A stretch of DNA of 64,000 bases, from NCBI RefSeq assembly GCF_028368995.1, contig NZ_JAQNDL010000003.1, positions 1,216,001-1,280,000 on the forward strand, given 5' to 3'. How positions within the stretch are numbered: the stretch's first letter is position 1; each line of letters starts with the position of its first letter. The notes beneath the pieces were generated by a model. That model made no database searches, had not been told where the DNA came from, and saw only the letters and a list, made by a program, of their open reading frames with translations. This stretch comes from Nannocystis bainbridge. Its GTDB lineage: Bacteria; Myxococcota_A; Polyangia; Nannocystales; Nannocystaceae. The position numbers and the translations under genes are program-made. Below, piece after piece: positions 22,498 to 31,394 of this stretch.

Positions 22498-23366
22498 AGG
22501 TCGGCGTCCGCGGCCACGCGCCCGCGTCCGCGTGGCCGCTGCTGTGGGCCCGCGGCTTCGAGCTCGGCGAGCCTGCGGAGGTGCTGCTGTGCGACGCGGC
22601 CGACGACCCTCGCGCCGGCGATCCGCCGCGCGTGGTGTGGACCGCCGGACCGCTGGTCGCGCGCGCGCCGATGGCCGCGATCGTGCGCACGCCGGGCCTC
22701 GCCGCGCCGCCGCCCGAGCCCGAGCCGGCCGCCGATGCCAGCGTGGCCGACATGCTGGCCGCCATGCGCCGCGACTACGCGGGCCAGCTCCCGGGCTCGC
22801 TCGCCGCCCTGGCCCAGGTCGTCACCGCCGCCCAGCAGGGCACGGCTGCGATCGCCGACGCGCGCATGCTCGCCCACCGGCTCCGCGGCACCGCGGCCAC
22901 CTACGGCCACCCCGCGTTCGGCCAGCTCGCCGGTGACCTCGAGGACCGCCTCGCCGCCGGCGACCTCTCGCCCGCCCCGCTCGGCGCCCTGCTCGTGGCC
23001 ATGGCCGAGCCGGTGGTCGCCGCCCTGGCCCCGGCTTCGCAGGGCTCGCCGCTCGTGGTCGTCGGCCCCGCGCCTGCCGATCTGCCGGGCCCGTCGATCG
23101 CCGCGCCCGACCTCACCGCCGCCGCCCAGGCGATCGCCGCCGGCACCGCCCACGCGCTGTGGCTCTCCGCCGGCACACACGACAATGACTATTCGGACAT
23201 GTCCCAAGAGTCACTCTCAAAAATTCTCACCACCCTCGCCGCCGATCCTGCCCTCCAACAAATCCCACTAGCGATCGGGCGACCGGGCGGCGCCGCCGCG
23301 AGCGTCGCGCTCGCTTGCCTGCTGTCGGGCGCGTGGGGCCGCCTCGCGCCTGGCTTCCCCGCCTGA
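22494..23366 (+). CDS. Hpt domain-containing protein
   Basis: AHRLRGTAATYGHP..LE Hpt motif; GTGA overlap with the kinase gene. Confidence 0.8.
   Translation: MKVGVRGHAPASAWPLLWARGFELGEPAEVLLCDAADDPRAGDPPRVVWTAGPLVARAPMAAIVRTPGLAAPPPEPEPAADASVADMLAAMRRDYAGQLPGSLAALAQVVTAAQQGTAAIADARMLAHRLRGTAATYGHPAFGQLAGDLEDRLAAGDLSPAPLGALLVAMAEPVVAALAPASQGSPLVVVGPAPADLPGPSIAAPDLTAAAQAIAAGTAHALWLSAGTHDNDYSDMSQESLSKILTTLAADPALQQIPLAIGRPGGAAASVALACLLSGAWGRLAPGFPA
23186..23213. repeat. Two-unit 14-bp palindromic array inside the Hpt gene
   Basis: TGACT-attc-GGACA-TGTCC-caag-AGTCA within an AT-rich patch. Confidence 0.75.
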
Positions 23367-23375
23367 CGGTCCCCC

Positions 23376-24113
23376 ATGCCGAACGGATTCCACAACGACC
23401 CCGCGATCGACCTGATCTTCCACCGGCACACCGAGCACGGTCACTATCAGTTTCACACCCACCGCAGCGCCGCCGGCCTGGTCTCGGTCCACCTCGAGCA
23501 CGACCGCGGCTACGCCTACGAGCCGCGGTGGGACAGCCTCGATCTCGGCCCGTGGGTGCGGGGCCGACGGCCGCGACCGACCCGCGCGCAGATGGAGGAG
23601 CTGACCGCCGACCTCGTCCACCGCCTGGTCGCTTTGCAAGCCTCGAACCCGCGCTCCCGGGTCCGGGCCGACCGCGCCTCCGCGCTGCTCCTGCTCGACG
23701 GCTGGTGCATCCTGCTCGGCGGCTATCACACCTACCTGCGCCGGCCCGGCCAGCCGCTGACGCGGGTCGTGCCGCCGGTCGGCAGCCGCTGCGACGACAC
23801 CATGCGCCAGACCATCGCCGCCGCCCCGCAGTTCGAGGACATCGCCCGCGACACCCACGTGATGGCCGATCAGGGCCTCATGTTCCACGGCCCGGGCGAA
23901 TGCGTCTACGACCTCAGCGGCTTCGACGAATTGCTGGCCACCACCGTCCCGCTGCACGACCGGCCCGAATGGCCCGACATCGCCGGCGCCCCGCTCGATT
24001 CACTGGACTCGACCGGCCGCCTGGTCCTGGCCATGCGCGCCGAGGCGATCGCCCACGGCAGCGATCACCTGGCCGTCCGCTGGCGCGCGCCCGCCCTGCC
24101 GACCGCGCCGTGA
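23376..24113 (+). CDS. Hypothetical protein
   Basis: 245-aa ORF with high-GC3 codon usage, 9 bp after the previous stop. Confidence 0.65.
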   Translation: MPNGFHNDPAIDLIFHRHTEHGHYQFHTHRSAAGLVSVHLEHDRGYAYEPRWDSLDLGPWVRGRRPRPTRAQMEELTADLVHRLVALQASNPRSRVRADRASALLLLDGWCILLGGYHTYLRRPGQPLTRVVPPVGSRCDDTMRQTIAAAPQFEDIARDTHVMADQGLMFHGPGECVYDLSGFDELLATTVPLHDRPEWPDIAGAPLDSLDSTGRLVLAMRAEAIAHGSDHLAVRWRAPALPTAP

Positions 24114-24117
24114 CCTC

Positions 24118-25188
24118 TCACTTCGCGCCGCTGCGGACCCACTCGATCACCGTGCACAGCTGCGCCTCGGTGAGCACCTTGCCGATCGGCATCGGATTGC
24201 CGCCGCCGCCGACCACGCTGGTCTGCTGATTCAGCAACTTGAAGAGCAGATAGCTCTGGTCGACGTCGCCGGCGGTGACGATGTCGATGTTCGCCATCAG
24301 CGACGGCACCCCCACCATGCTGTCGCGGAAGCTGCTTGCGTCCTTGAAGATCAGCGGCGTGCCGACCCCCTTGCCGTGGCAGTTGCATGTCCCGACCACC
24401 GCCTGCCACGCCTGCGCCGCGCTGACCGCCGCCGGCGCGCAGTCCGGCGGCATCAGCGGCAGCGGCGACACGCAGTGCTGCTGCTTGCACACCGAACCAT
24501 CGCAGTCCTGGTTGCCGAAGCACTGGCCGCCGAGCGAACACTGCACGCAATTGGGCCCGCCGCAGTCGACGTCCGACTCGTACCCGTTGGCGGCCCCGTC
24601 CGAGCAGCTCGGCGGCACGCAGGTGCTCGTGCACAGGTCGTTGTCGTCCTCGTCGCCGTCGTCGCACTGCTCGACCCCCGCCTGGATCACGCCGTCGCCG
24701 CAGCGCGCCTCCTCGCAGGTCCCCAGGCACGCGTCCTCGTCGCTGTCGTTGCCGTCGTCGCAGGCCTCGCCCGGCTCGACGAAGCCGTTGCCGCAGCCGC
24801 CCGGGACGCAGTCGTTGGGGCAGTCGTCCGACTCGATGAGGTTGGCGTCGTCGCACACCTCGACCCCCGCGTACACCAGGCCGTCGCCGCAGCGGGCGAA
24901 CTGACACGCCAGCGTGCACGGCCCGTCGTTGGCGTTGAGCGCCCCGAAATCACAGCCCTCGGGCGACTGAACGATCCCGTCGCCGCACGTCTCGGGCGGC
25001 TCCCCGGTCGCCGCCGCGGTGGTCACCGGCGCCTCCGTGCTCGTCGCCGGCGCCTCGGTGCTCGTCACCGGCTCGCCGATCCCCGTCGTCACCCCCGCCC
25101 CGGTCGTGGCGAGCCCGTCCGTCGCCGCGCCCTCGTCGATGCTGCAGGCGACCGTGGCGAGGCAGAGCGTGAGGACCAGCGTTCGCAT
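24118..25188 (-). CDS. Lipoprotein with DUF4215-type Cys repeats and C-terminal cytochrome c-like domain (CxCH)
   Basis: TVAC lipobox; CGDG..ExCDD repeats; C-terminal CNCH...SYLLFKL...MP....LT..Q...I.W...GA. Confidence 0.8.
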   Translation of the reverse strand: MRTLVLTLCLATVACSIDEGAATDGLATTGAGVTTGIGEPVTSTEAPATSTEAPVTTAAATGEPPETCGDGIVQSPEGCDFGALNANDGPCTLACQFARCGDGLVYAGVEVCDDANLIESDDCPNDCVPGGCGNGFVEPGEACDDGNDSDEDACLGTCEEARCGDGVIQAGVEQCDDGDEDDNDLCTSTCVPPSCSDGAANGYESDVDCGGPNCVQCSLGGQCFGNQDCDGSVCKQQHCVSPLPLMPPDCAPAAVSAAQAWQAVVGTCNCHGKGVGTPLIFKDASSFRDSMVGVPSLMANIDIVTAGDVDQSYLLFKLLNQQTSVVGGGGNPMPIGKVLTEAQLCTVIEWVRSGAK

Positions 25189-25453
25189 GCGCAGCCCGAG
25201 AGTGCCGACCGGCCCGCCGTCCGCCAAGCCACATACGCCACGCGCGTCCGTTGCGCCGCGTCGCGTGCGCACGCCGCCTGCGCGCCCGCGGGCGAGGCTG
25301 ACCTCCGCCATGGCCCTCGAGGGCGAGCCCCGAGGTCTCGCGCCGACACCTGTCATCCTCGACACACGGAGAGGCCCGGTCCCGGCGATCTCCGAACCTC
25401 AGGGCGTCAACCTTCGCGGACCCGCGCTCGCCGGGCGCCCCCGCTCATCCGGA

Positions 25454-25495
25454 TGTTCCTTAAAACATGTCCTTAAAGACATGTACATTCGACCA
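25454..25495. repeat. 14-bp palindromic array, 3 units
   Basis: TGTTC-ctta-AAACA / TGTCC-ttaa-AGACA / TGTAC-attc-GACCA, in a divergent intergenic region. Confidence 0.8.
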
Positions 25496-25586
25496 TCCTC
25501 AGGCTGCGCGAAGATCGCAGCGACGCCCCGGTCGCGGGCGCTTGCCCGCGCGCGCCCGCCGGGTAACCCTCTGCCGCGAGAGACCC

Positions 25587-26087
25587 ATGCCCAAGCACCG
25601 CGCGCTCCTCGTCCTCGCCGGCCACCTCCTCGCCCCCGGCTGCCTGCTCGGCACCAACACCAGCGACGGCGACGCCGACGGCACCAGCACCACGACCACC
25701 ACCGGCACCACGACGACGACCACGTCGACCACTACCGGTACCACCACCGACAGCACGGACGCGACCGCGACCACCGCCCCGACCACCACCTCTGCCACGA
25801 CGACCTCGACCACCACCTCTGCCACGACGACGACCACCACCAGCCCCGGCAATTTCGGCCAGTGCGGCTGGGACCCCAACAACGGCTATTACGGCTGCGG
25901 CTTCCAGGGCGTCGACCCGGATGGCGACCACCCGCTCACCTGCCCCGAGACCCTGCCCGCCACCGGCGCCCCGTGCGACGGCGACTCCCCGATCAGCAAC
26001 ATCGGCTGCTGCCTCCCCGACGGCACCAACTACTACTGCTCGTCCGAAAGCGGCGGCATGATCGTCGTCGAAGCCTGCGGCCCGTGA
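25587..26087 (+). CDS. Thr-rich lipoprotein with small Cys-rich C-terminal domain
   Basis: APGC lipobox, poly-Thr stalk, CGWDP..YYGCG...GCC domain. Confidence 0.75.
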   Translation: MPKHRALLVLAGHLLAPGCLLGTNTSDGDADGTSTTTTTGTTTTTTSTTTGTTTDSTDATATTAPTTTSATTTSTTTSATTTTTTSPGNFGQCGWDPNNGYYGCGFQGVDPDGDHPLTCPETLPATGAPCDGDSPISNIGCCLPDGTNYYCSSESGGMIVVEACGP

Positions 26088-26145
26088 GCCCTGGCTCTGA
26101 CCCGAGTCCGGAGCACCGCTCGATCGGCCACGCTCGACGTGGGTA

Positions 26146-26748
26146 TCAATCCGGATCGCCCCCATTTAAAGAACGGCGGCCGATCGCAAACGCGAATTCA
26201 TCCGGGCTCGTATTGCTCGCGTTGCCGAGGACCACGATCGTCAGCTCGCGCTCGTGGTAGCGGATCAGCATCGTCTGCGCCCCCATGATCTGCCCGGGGC
26301 GGCGGAACACCCGGACCTTCTGCCCGCCCGCCGCCACCTAGGTCCCGATCGTCGCCTCGAGGTCGAGCTTGCCCTGATCGCGCAGCTGAAGGATCAGCGC
26401 CGCCGTGAACAGCTTGGTGATCGACGCGATCTTGTATTTCGTGTCGTCGCCGTGCGGCACCGCGAACTGGCGATTGGCCAGCCCGTAGCTGCGGCGATGG
26501 ACCACGGCTCCCGCTTGCTGGACCGCCACCGTGCCGTGGAACTCGTGCTCGCGCGCGTACGCGTCGATGAAACCGGCCAGCGTGTCCTGCTCGGCCGGCG
26601 CCACCTCCCGAACCGGCGCCTGTAGATGCGCGGTCTCCTGGCGAGCCGCCTCGCCCGCCGGAGCGTCGCAACCGATCAGCAGCGCGCCGATCGCCAGCAA
26701 CCTGCCGAGACTCGACCTGCGCAGACCCTCGCCCGGTGCGATCGCCAT
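26146..26748 (-). pseudogene. Serine hydrolase (class C beta-lactamase family) with internal deletion and in-frame stop
   Basis: N-terminal half with KIASITK (SxxK) ends at TAG 26338-26340. The same frame continues with a C-terminal segment RRPGQIMGAQT..LTIVVLGN. The central YxN region is missing. Confidence 0.75.
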
Positions 26749-26872
26749 CTTCTCCGAACCAACCTCTCGCCGCGGGGACCCTGTGCGCGCGCGGCCCGAA
26801 GCCTCGCCGCCGCCGCATGGTGAAATGCGTGCTGCGGCCCCGTCAAGCCGCTCGCAGCCCGCCGGCCCGCGG

Positions 26873-27826
26873 TCACCCGACCTCGCTCGCGGCCCCCTCG
26901 GCGCGCGCCCGCTGGCGAAACGCCCGCGGCGACTCGCCCTCCTCGCGGCGGAACGCCGTGCTGAACGCGCTCTCCGACGCATAGCCCAGCGCGAACGCCA
27001 GCTCGCCCACTGCACGATCGCCGGTGCGCAGCGCGTCGCGGGCCAGCTGCATGCGCCACGCGATCGCGTACTCGAGCGGCGGCTTCCCGACCAGTCGCGT
27101 GAACCGCAGCGCGAACGCCGAGCGCGACATCCCGACCGCCTGCGCCAGCGCGTCCAGCGTCCAGCGCGTGCGCACATCGGCGTGGATCTGCCGCAGCGCC
27201 GCCCCGATCTGCGGATCGCTCAGCGCGCGCAGCCAGCTCGCGCGGCGCCGCATGTCGGCCGCCCCCAGCTGGCGCATCGCCTGCACGAGGATCACCTGCG
27301 CCAGCCGGTCCAGCACCAGCGCGCGCCCCGGCGAGCGCTCGCCCACCTCGCGCGCCAGCAGCCCCGTCAGCTCGCGCAGCGCCCCCGCCTCGCTCGCCGG
27401 CACCCGCATCATCCGCGGCAGCGCGGCCACCAGCAGGTGGGCGTTGCTCGGGTCGAACGCGAAGTGCCCACCCACGATATGCGAAGTCAACGCTGCCGGC
27501 GGCGCCCCGAGGCGGACCCTCCCGTCGACCGCCGCCGCGAACAGCGGTCCGGCCGCGCGCTGCGGGGCCGTCAGCGCGCTCGCCATCACGTACGCCGGCG
27601 GATCGCTCAGCATGAAGAAATCGCCGGCCTCGCAGCGGAGCGGGCGACGGCGGCCCGTCAGCGCGATCAGGCAGCGGCCCGCGACGACCGTGCCGAACTT
27701 CACGTGCGGGTACGCCTCCAGGCGGATCGCCCACGGCCCGCGCGCCTCGAGGCTCGCCGACACCACCGCGCGCGGGCGCAGCAGCGCGACGATGTCCGCC
27801 AGTGGGTCGCCGTGTTCCTCGCTCAT
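26873..27826 (-). CDS. AraC family regulator with cupin_6 N-terminal domain
   Basis: DPLADIVALLRP N-terminus; WTLDALAQAVGMSRSAFALRF and LGYASESAFSTAFRR HTH motifs. Confidence 0.93.
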   Translation of the reverse strand: MSEEHGDPLADIVALLRPRAVVSASLEARGPWAIRLEAYPHVKFGTVVAGRCLIALTGRRRPLRCEAGDFFMLSDPPAYVMASALTAPQRAAGPLFAAAVDGRVRLGAPPAALTSHIVGGHFAFDPSNAHLLVAALPRMMRVPASEAGALRELTGLLAREVGERSPGRALVLDRLAQVILVQAMRQLGAADMRRRASWLRALSDPQIGAALRQIHADVRTRWTLDALAQAVGMSRSAFALRFTRLVGKPPLEYAIAWRMQLARDALRTGDRAVGELAFALGYASESAFSTAFRREEGESPRAFRQRARAEGAASEVG

Positions 27827-27895
27827 GGACGCCGCATAAACTAATCGAGACGAAACATCATGGCCAGTCCCGCCGCGCCGACGTACACCGAGGGC

Positions 27896-28621
27896 ATGAC
27901 GAACGACAGGAAGCACGCAGTGGTCACGGGCGCCAACAAGGGCATCGGCCTGGCGGTGGCGCGGCAGCTGGCCGGGCTCGGCTACACGACCTGGCTCGGC
28001 AGCCGCGCCGAGGCGCGCGGGCGGGCCGCGGTCGCCGAGCTGGCCGGGCACGGGGACGTGCGCTGGTTGCCGCTCGACGTCACCGACGACGCCAACGTCG
28101 CCGCCGCGGCCGCGCTCGTCGGCGCTGCCACCGGGCGGCTCGACCTCCTCATCAACAACGCCGCCATCGGCATCAAGGACGGCGAGGGCCCGCCGACGCT
28201 GATCCGCCTCGAGGTCCTGCGCGCCACCTACGAAGTCAACCTGTTCGGCCCGCTCCGGGTCACTCGCGCCTTCTTGCCGCTGCTGCGCGCCGCCCCGGCC
28301 GCGCAGATCGTCATGGTCGGCAGCGGCCTCGGCTCGCTCGCCCTCCAGTCGGACCCCGCGAGCGGCCTCTCGCGCTGGCCGGTGTTCGGCTACAACTCCT
28401 CCAAGACCGCCCTCAACGCGCTCACCGTGGCCCTCGCCAACGAGCTGCGCCCCGAGGGCATCGCCGTGCGCGTCGTCAACCCCGGCTTCATCGCCACCGA
28501 CCTCAATGACCACAGCGGCACCGGCACCCCCGACGAGGGCGCCCGCATGGTGCTCAAGGCGACGACGACGCAGGCGCCGAGCGGCAGCTTCGTCGACGGC
28601 GACGGCACCCTCCCCTGGTGA
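27896..28621 (+). CDS. Short-chain dehydrogenase/reductase
   Basis: TGANKGIG, NNA, YNSSK and NPGFIATDLN; divergent from the AraC gene. Confidence 0.93.
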   Translation: MTNDRKHAVVTGANKGIGLAVARQLAGLGYTTWLGSRAEARGRAAVAELAGHGDVRWLPLDVTDDANVAAAAALVGAATGRLDLLINNAAIGIKDGEGPPTLIRLEVLRATYEVNLFGPLRVTRAFLPLLRAAPAAQIVMVGSGLGSLALQSDPASGLSRWPVFGYNSSKTALNALTVALANELRPEGIAVRVVNPGFIATDLNDHSGTGTPDEGARMVLKATTTQAPSGSFVDGDGTLPW

Positions 28622-28712
28622 GCGCGCGCCCCGCTCGGGCCCGTGCGGTGGGTCATGGCCCCGCCGCGGGCCCCTCGCCGCCAACACCGGCGTACAAAAA
28701 AATCCGCGCCCG

Positions 28713-28740
28713 TGTCACAACCGTCGGGCCCTGTCTCGTC
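28713..28740 (+). promoter_or_regulatory. ECF41-type promoter (TGTCACA-N17-CGTC)
   Basis: TGTCACA at 28713-28719 and CGTC at 28737-28740, preceded by an A-tract and upstream of the CMD-ECF41 operon. The described consensus is TGTCACA-n16-CGTC. Confidence 0.75.
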
Positions 28741-28778
28741 TTGTCCTCGAGCGTGCAGAAGCCACGCAGGAGACGAAC

Positions 28779-29246
28779 ATGACCCCACGACTGCAGAGCA
28801 ACCCGTTCAAACTCGCCCCCGAAAGCACCAAGGCGCTGATGGCCCTCGAGGCGAGCTTCAAGGCGAGCGGCCTCGAGCACAGCCTGATGGAGCTGGTGAG
28901 GATGCGCGCCTCGCAGATCAACGGCTGCGCCTACTGCATCCACCTGCACGCCACCGACGCCCGCAAGTCCGGCGAGACCGAGATGCGGCTCTACATGCTC
29001 AACGCGTGGCGCGAGTCGTCCCTCTACACCCCGCGCGAGCGCGCCGCCCTGGCCTGGACCGAGGCCCTCACGCGCGTCGCCGACACCGGCGCCCCCGACA
29101 GCGACTACGAGTTGGTCAAGGCCCAGTTCAACGAGGCCGAGCAGGTCCACCTGACGCTCCTGATCGGCTCGATCAACACGTGGAACCGCTTGCAGGTCGG
29201 CTTCCGCGCGGCGCACCCCGCGGAGCCTGCGAGTGCAGCCGGCTGA
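28779..29246 (+). CDS. Carboxymuconolactone decarboxylase / AhpD family protein
   Basis: ELVRMRASQINGCAYCIHLH; GGAG RBS. Confidence 0.93.
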   Translation: MTPRLQSNPFKLAPESTKALMALEASFKASGLEHSLMELVRMRASQINGCAYCIHLHATDARKSGETEMRLYMLNAWRESSLYTPRERAALAWTEALTRVADTGAPDSDYELVKAQFNEAEQVHLTLLIGSINTWNRLQVGFRAAHPAEPASAAG

Positions 29247-30117
29247 CGACGCCACCATCGATCCCTTCGAGGCGCAGCGGCCCCGCCTGCTGCGCCTCGC
29301 CTATCGCATGCTCGGCTCGCTCGCCGAGGCCGAGGACATCGTCCAGGACGCCTGGCTGCGGTGGCGCAAGGTCGAGGCCCCCGTCGACGCTCCCGCCGCC
29401 TACCTCAAGCAGATCGTCGCGCGCCTGTGCCTCGATCGCATGAAGTCCGCGCGAGCGCGGCGCGAGGAGTACGTCGGCGCCTGGCTGCCCGAGCCGCTGC
29501 TCGCCCCCGAGTCGAGCGACGCCGACGACGACCTGACGCTCACCCTGATGCTCGCGCTCGAGCGCCTCTCGCCGCTCGAGCGCGCCGCCTTCCTGCTCCA
29601 CGACGTGTTCGGCGTCGCCCTCGGCGAGGTCGCCAGCACCCTCGACCGCGACGCCGCCGCCGTCCGCCAGCTGGCCGCCCGCGCGCGCAAGCACGTGCAG
29701 ACGGCCCGCCCGCGCTACCGCGTCGAGCCGGCCGAGGCCGACCGGATCGCCCGCGCCTTCTTCGTCGCCTCGCGCGACGGCGACGTGCAGGCCCTGCAGG
29801 CGATGCTCGCCGAGGACGTCGTGATCCACGCCGACGGCGGCGGCCGGGTGGTCGCCTTCCGCAACCCGATCCGCGGGCTCCAGCGGGTGCTCCGCCTGTT
29901 CGCCGGCCTTTACCGCAAGTTCAAGTCCCCGCCCGTGCTGCTGCGCCCGCTCGTCATCGACGGCCTGCCCGGCTACGCCAGCTTCGACCGCGGCGACGTG
30001 CTGCAGACCACCGCGCTCGAGCTCGTGGACGGTCGAATCACCGCGATCTACATCGTCCGCAACCCGGACAAGCTGCGCCACGTCGCCGCCGCGCTGGCCG
30101 CCGCCGACGAGTTATAG
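29233..30117 (+). CDS. ECF41 (SigJ-like) sigma factor with SnoaL-like C-terminal extension
   Basis: AYRMLGSLAEAEDIVQDAW, WLPEP, DGGG and NPDKL signature motifs. Confidence 0.93.
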   Translation: MQPADDATIDPFEAQRPRLLRLAYRMLGSLAEAEDIVQDAWLRWRKVEAPVDAPAAYLKQIVARLCLDRMKSARARREEYVGAWLPEPLLAPESSDADDDLTLTLMLALERLSPLERAAFLLHDVFGVALGEVASTLDRDAAAVRQLAARARKHVQTARPRYRVEPAEADRIARAFFVASRDGDVQALQAMLAEDVVIHADGGGRVVAFRNPIRGLQRVLRLFAGLYRKFKSPPVLLRPLVIDGLPGYASFDRGDVLQTTALELVDGRITAIYIVRNPDKLRHVAAALAAADEL

Positions 30118-30121
30118 CGAC

Positions 30122-30205
30122 TGTCCATAAGGACATGTCCTCCACGACTTGTCCACTCGGACATTCTCTAAGCGACATGCTCTATAGAACATGTCCTCTC
30201 GACCA
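30122..30205. repeat. 14-bp palindromic array, 6 phased units
   Basis: TGTCC-ataa-GGACA / TGTCC-tcca-CGACT / TGTCC-actc-GGACA / TTCTC-taag-CGACA / TGCTC-tata-GAACA / TGTCC-tctc-GACCA. Confidence 0.9.
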
Positions 30206-30282
30206 TCCCGGATAGCGCGCCGCCGGCACGACCGCAGCCCCTCCGCGACCGAGTCGAAGCGATACGTCCCGGCTCTGCGCCG

Positions 30283-30930
30283 TCAGTGCCCGCCCGCGGC
30301 GTACAGCGGCAGCAGCGCGATCGTGCGGGCGAAGCCTGCTGGATCGGCGACCAGCGCCCGGCCGAGCTCCAGCGCCACCTGCGAGCCCTCCTTGACGATC
30401 GACTTGGCGAGCTCGAGCGACGCCGCCCCGCGATCGAAGCACCGCTCGGCCCGCAGCTCGCCGACCACCACCACGTCCGCCTCGCCGTCCCGCGTGAACC
30501 TGCAATCGACGGTGAACGAGAAGAACCGCGCCTCGTAGTCCCATTCGTCGAGCTCGAGCTGGCAATCCTCGGCGGGTCTCCACCCGTCGAAACCCGCGGC
30601 GTACAGCCCGATATCGGCCTGCCACACCCCGCGCTCGTTCAGTTCGAGGGCGACGCCGAAGGCCAGCGGATCGCCGGCGTCGGCCGCCATCGCCAGCGCG
30701 AAGCTGCGATTGAACGCCCCCGTGTGCTCGTTGTCGGTCCCGTCCATCTCGCACGACGCTGTCGGGTCGTCGGCCCACGCCTCGCGCTCGCCGCCGAACT
30801 CGCGCTCCTGCCCGCCGGCGCCGATCACCAGCGAGGCGGTGACGATCGCGGGCTCGCGCTCATGCCCCAGATCCGCCACGAGCCCGCAAGCGACGAGACA
30901 ACAACCGAGCGGCAAGATCACGGGCTTCAT
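30283..30930 (-). CDS. Hypothetical lipoprotein
   Basis: LVAC lipobox; start may be 30930-30972. Confidence 0.6.
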   Translation of the reverse strand: MKPVILPLGCCLVACGLVADLGHEREPAIVTASLVIGAGGQEREFGGEREAWADDPTASCEMDGTDNEHTGAFNRSFALAMAADAGDPLAFGVALELNERGVWQADIGLYAAGFDGWRPAEDCQLELDEWDYEARFFSFTVDCRFTRDGEADVVVVGELRAERCFDRGAASLELAKSIVKEGSQVALELGRALVADPAGFARTIALLPLYAAGGH

Positions 30931-31133
30931 GACGGTCGCGGCCAGCATAGGCGAGGCGCTCCGCAGTGTCATCGGCCGCCCGCGAACCTCGCGCACGTCG
31001 CGCTGTACGGGCCCGCGGAGCCCGCCCGCCGCGCCCGGGGCCCCCGCCGCCGCCTCGAGTTGCTCGCGCGCCCGCTCGCGCCCACACACCCGGGACAAAC
31101 CCCGCGCCGCGTCGGCCCGCTCTCGTCATCGGC

Positions 31134-31161
31134 TGTCCTTCAAGACATGTCCATGAAGCCA
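31134..31161. repeat. 14-bp palindromic array, 2 units
   Basis: TGTCC-ttca-AGACA / TGTCC-atga-AGCCA. Confidence 0.75.
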
Positions 31162-31394
31162 TCCCACGATTCCGCCCGCGAGCCCCTCCCGGGCGCGATT
31201 TCGCCGACAGCCGCGAGCGCCCCCACATCGTCGCGGCGGCTCCGCACCGACCCCTCCCCCACCGCGGCACCCATCAAGACGATCGCCGACATTCCCCCCG
31301 CCGGCCGCGATCCTGCCCCCATGCGGGCCTCAGGGCGATCCTGCGCCCGCGCGCGCCCCAGTCGCCGCCGCATCTTGATTCGCCGGAGGCAGCC

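Noticed and set aside
25680-25845. ACC/ACG-rich microsatellite-like tracts (also near 39510-39715, 44630-44890, 50150-50290, 57080-57240)
   Set aside because: They encode ordinary Thr/Ser-rich stalks of lipoproteins.
26338-26340. TAG read-through (pyrrolysine) in the serine hydrolase
   Set aside because: Even with read-through the central catalytic region is absent, and no pyl genes are seen. A deletion explains it better.
30122-30205. Palindromic arrays as parS sites or IS inverted repeats
   Set aside because: They do not match the 16-bp parS consensus (TGTTNCACGTGAAACA-like), and no transposase or target duplication is seen. The likeness of GGACATGTCC to a p53 half-site is treated as coincidental.
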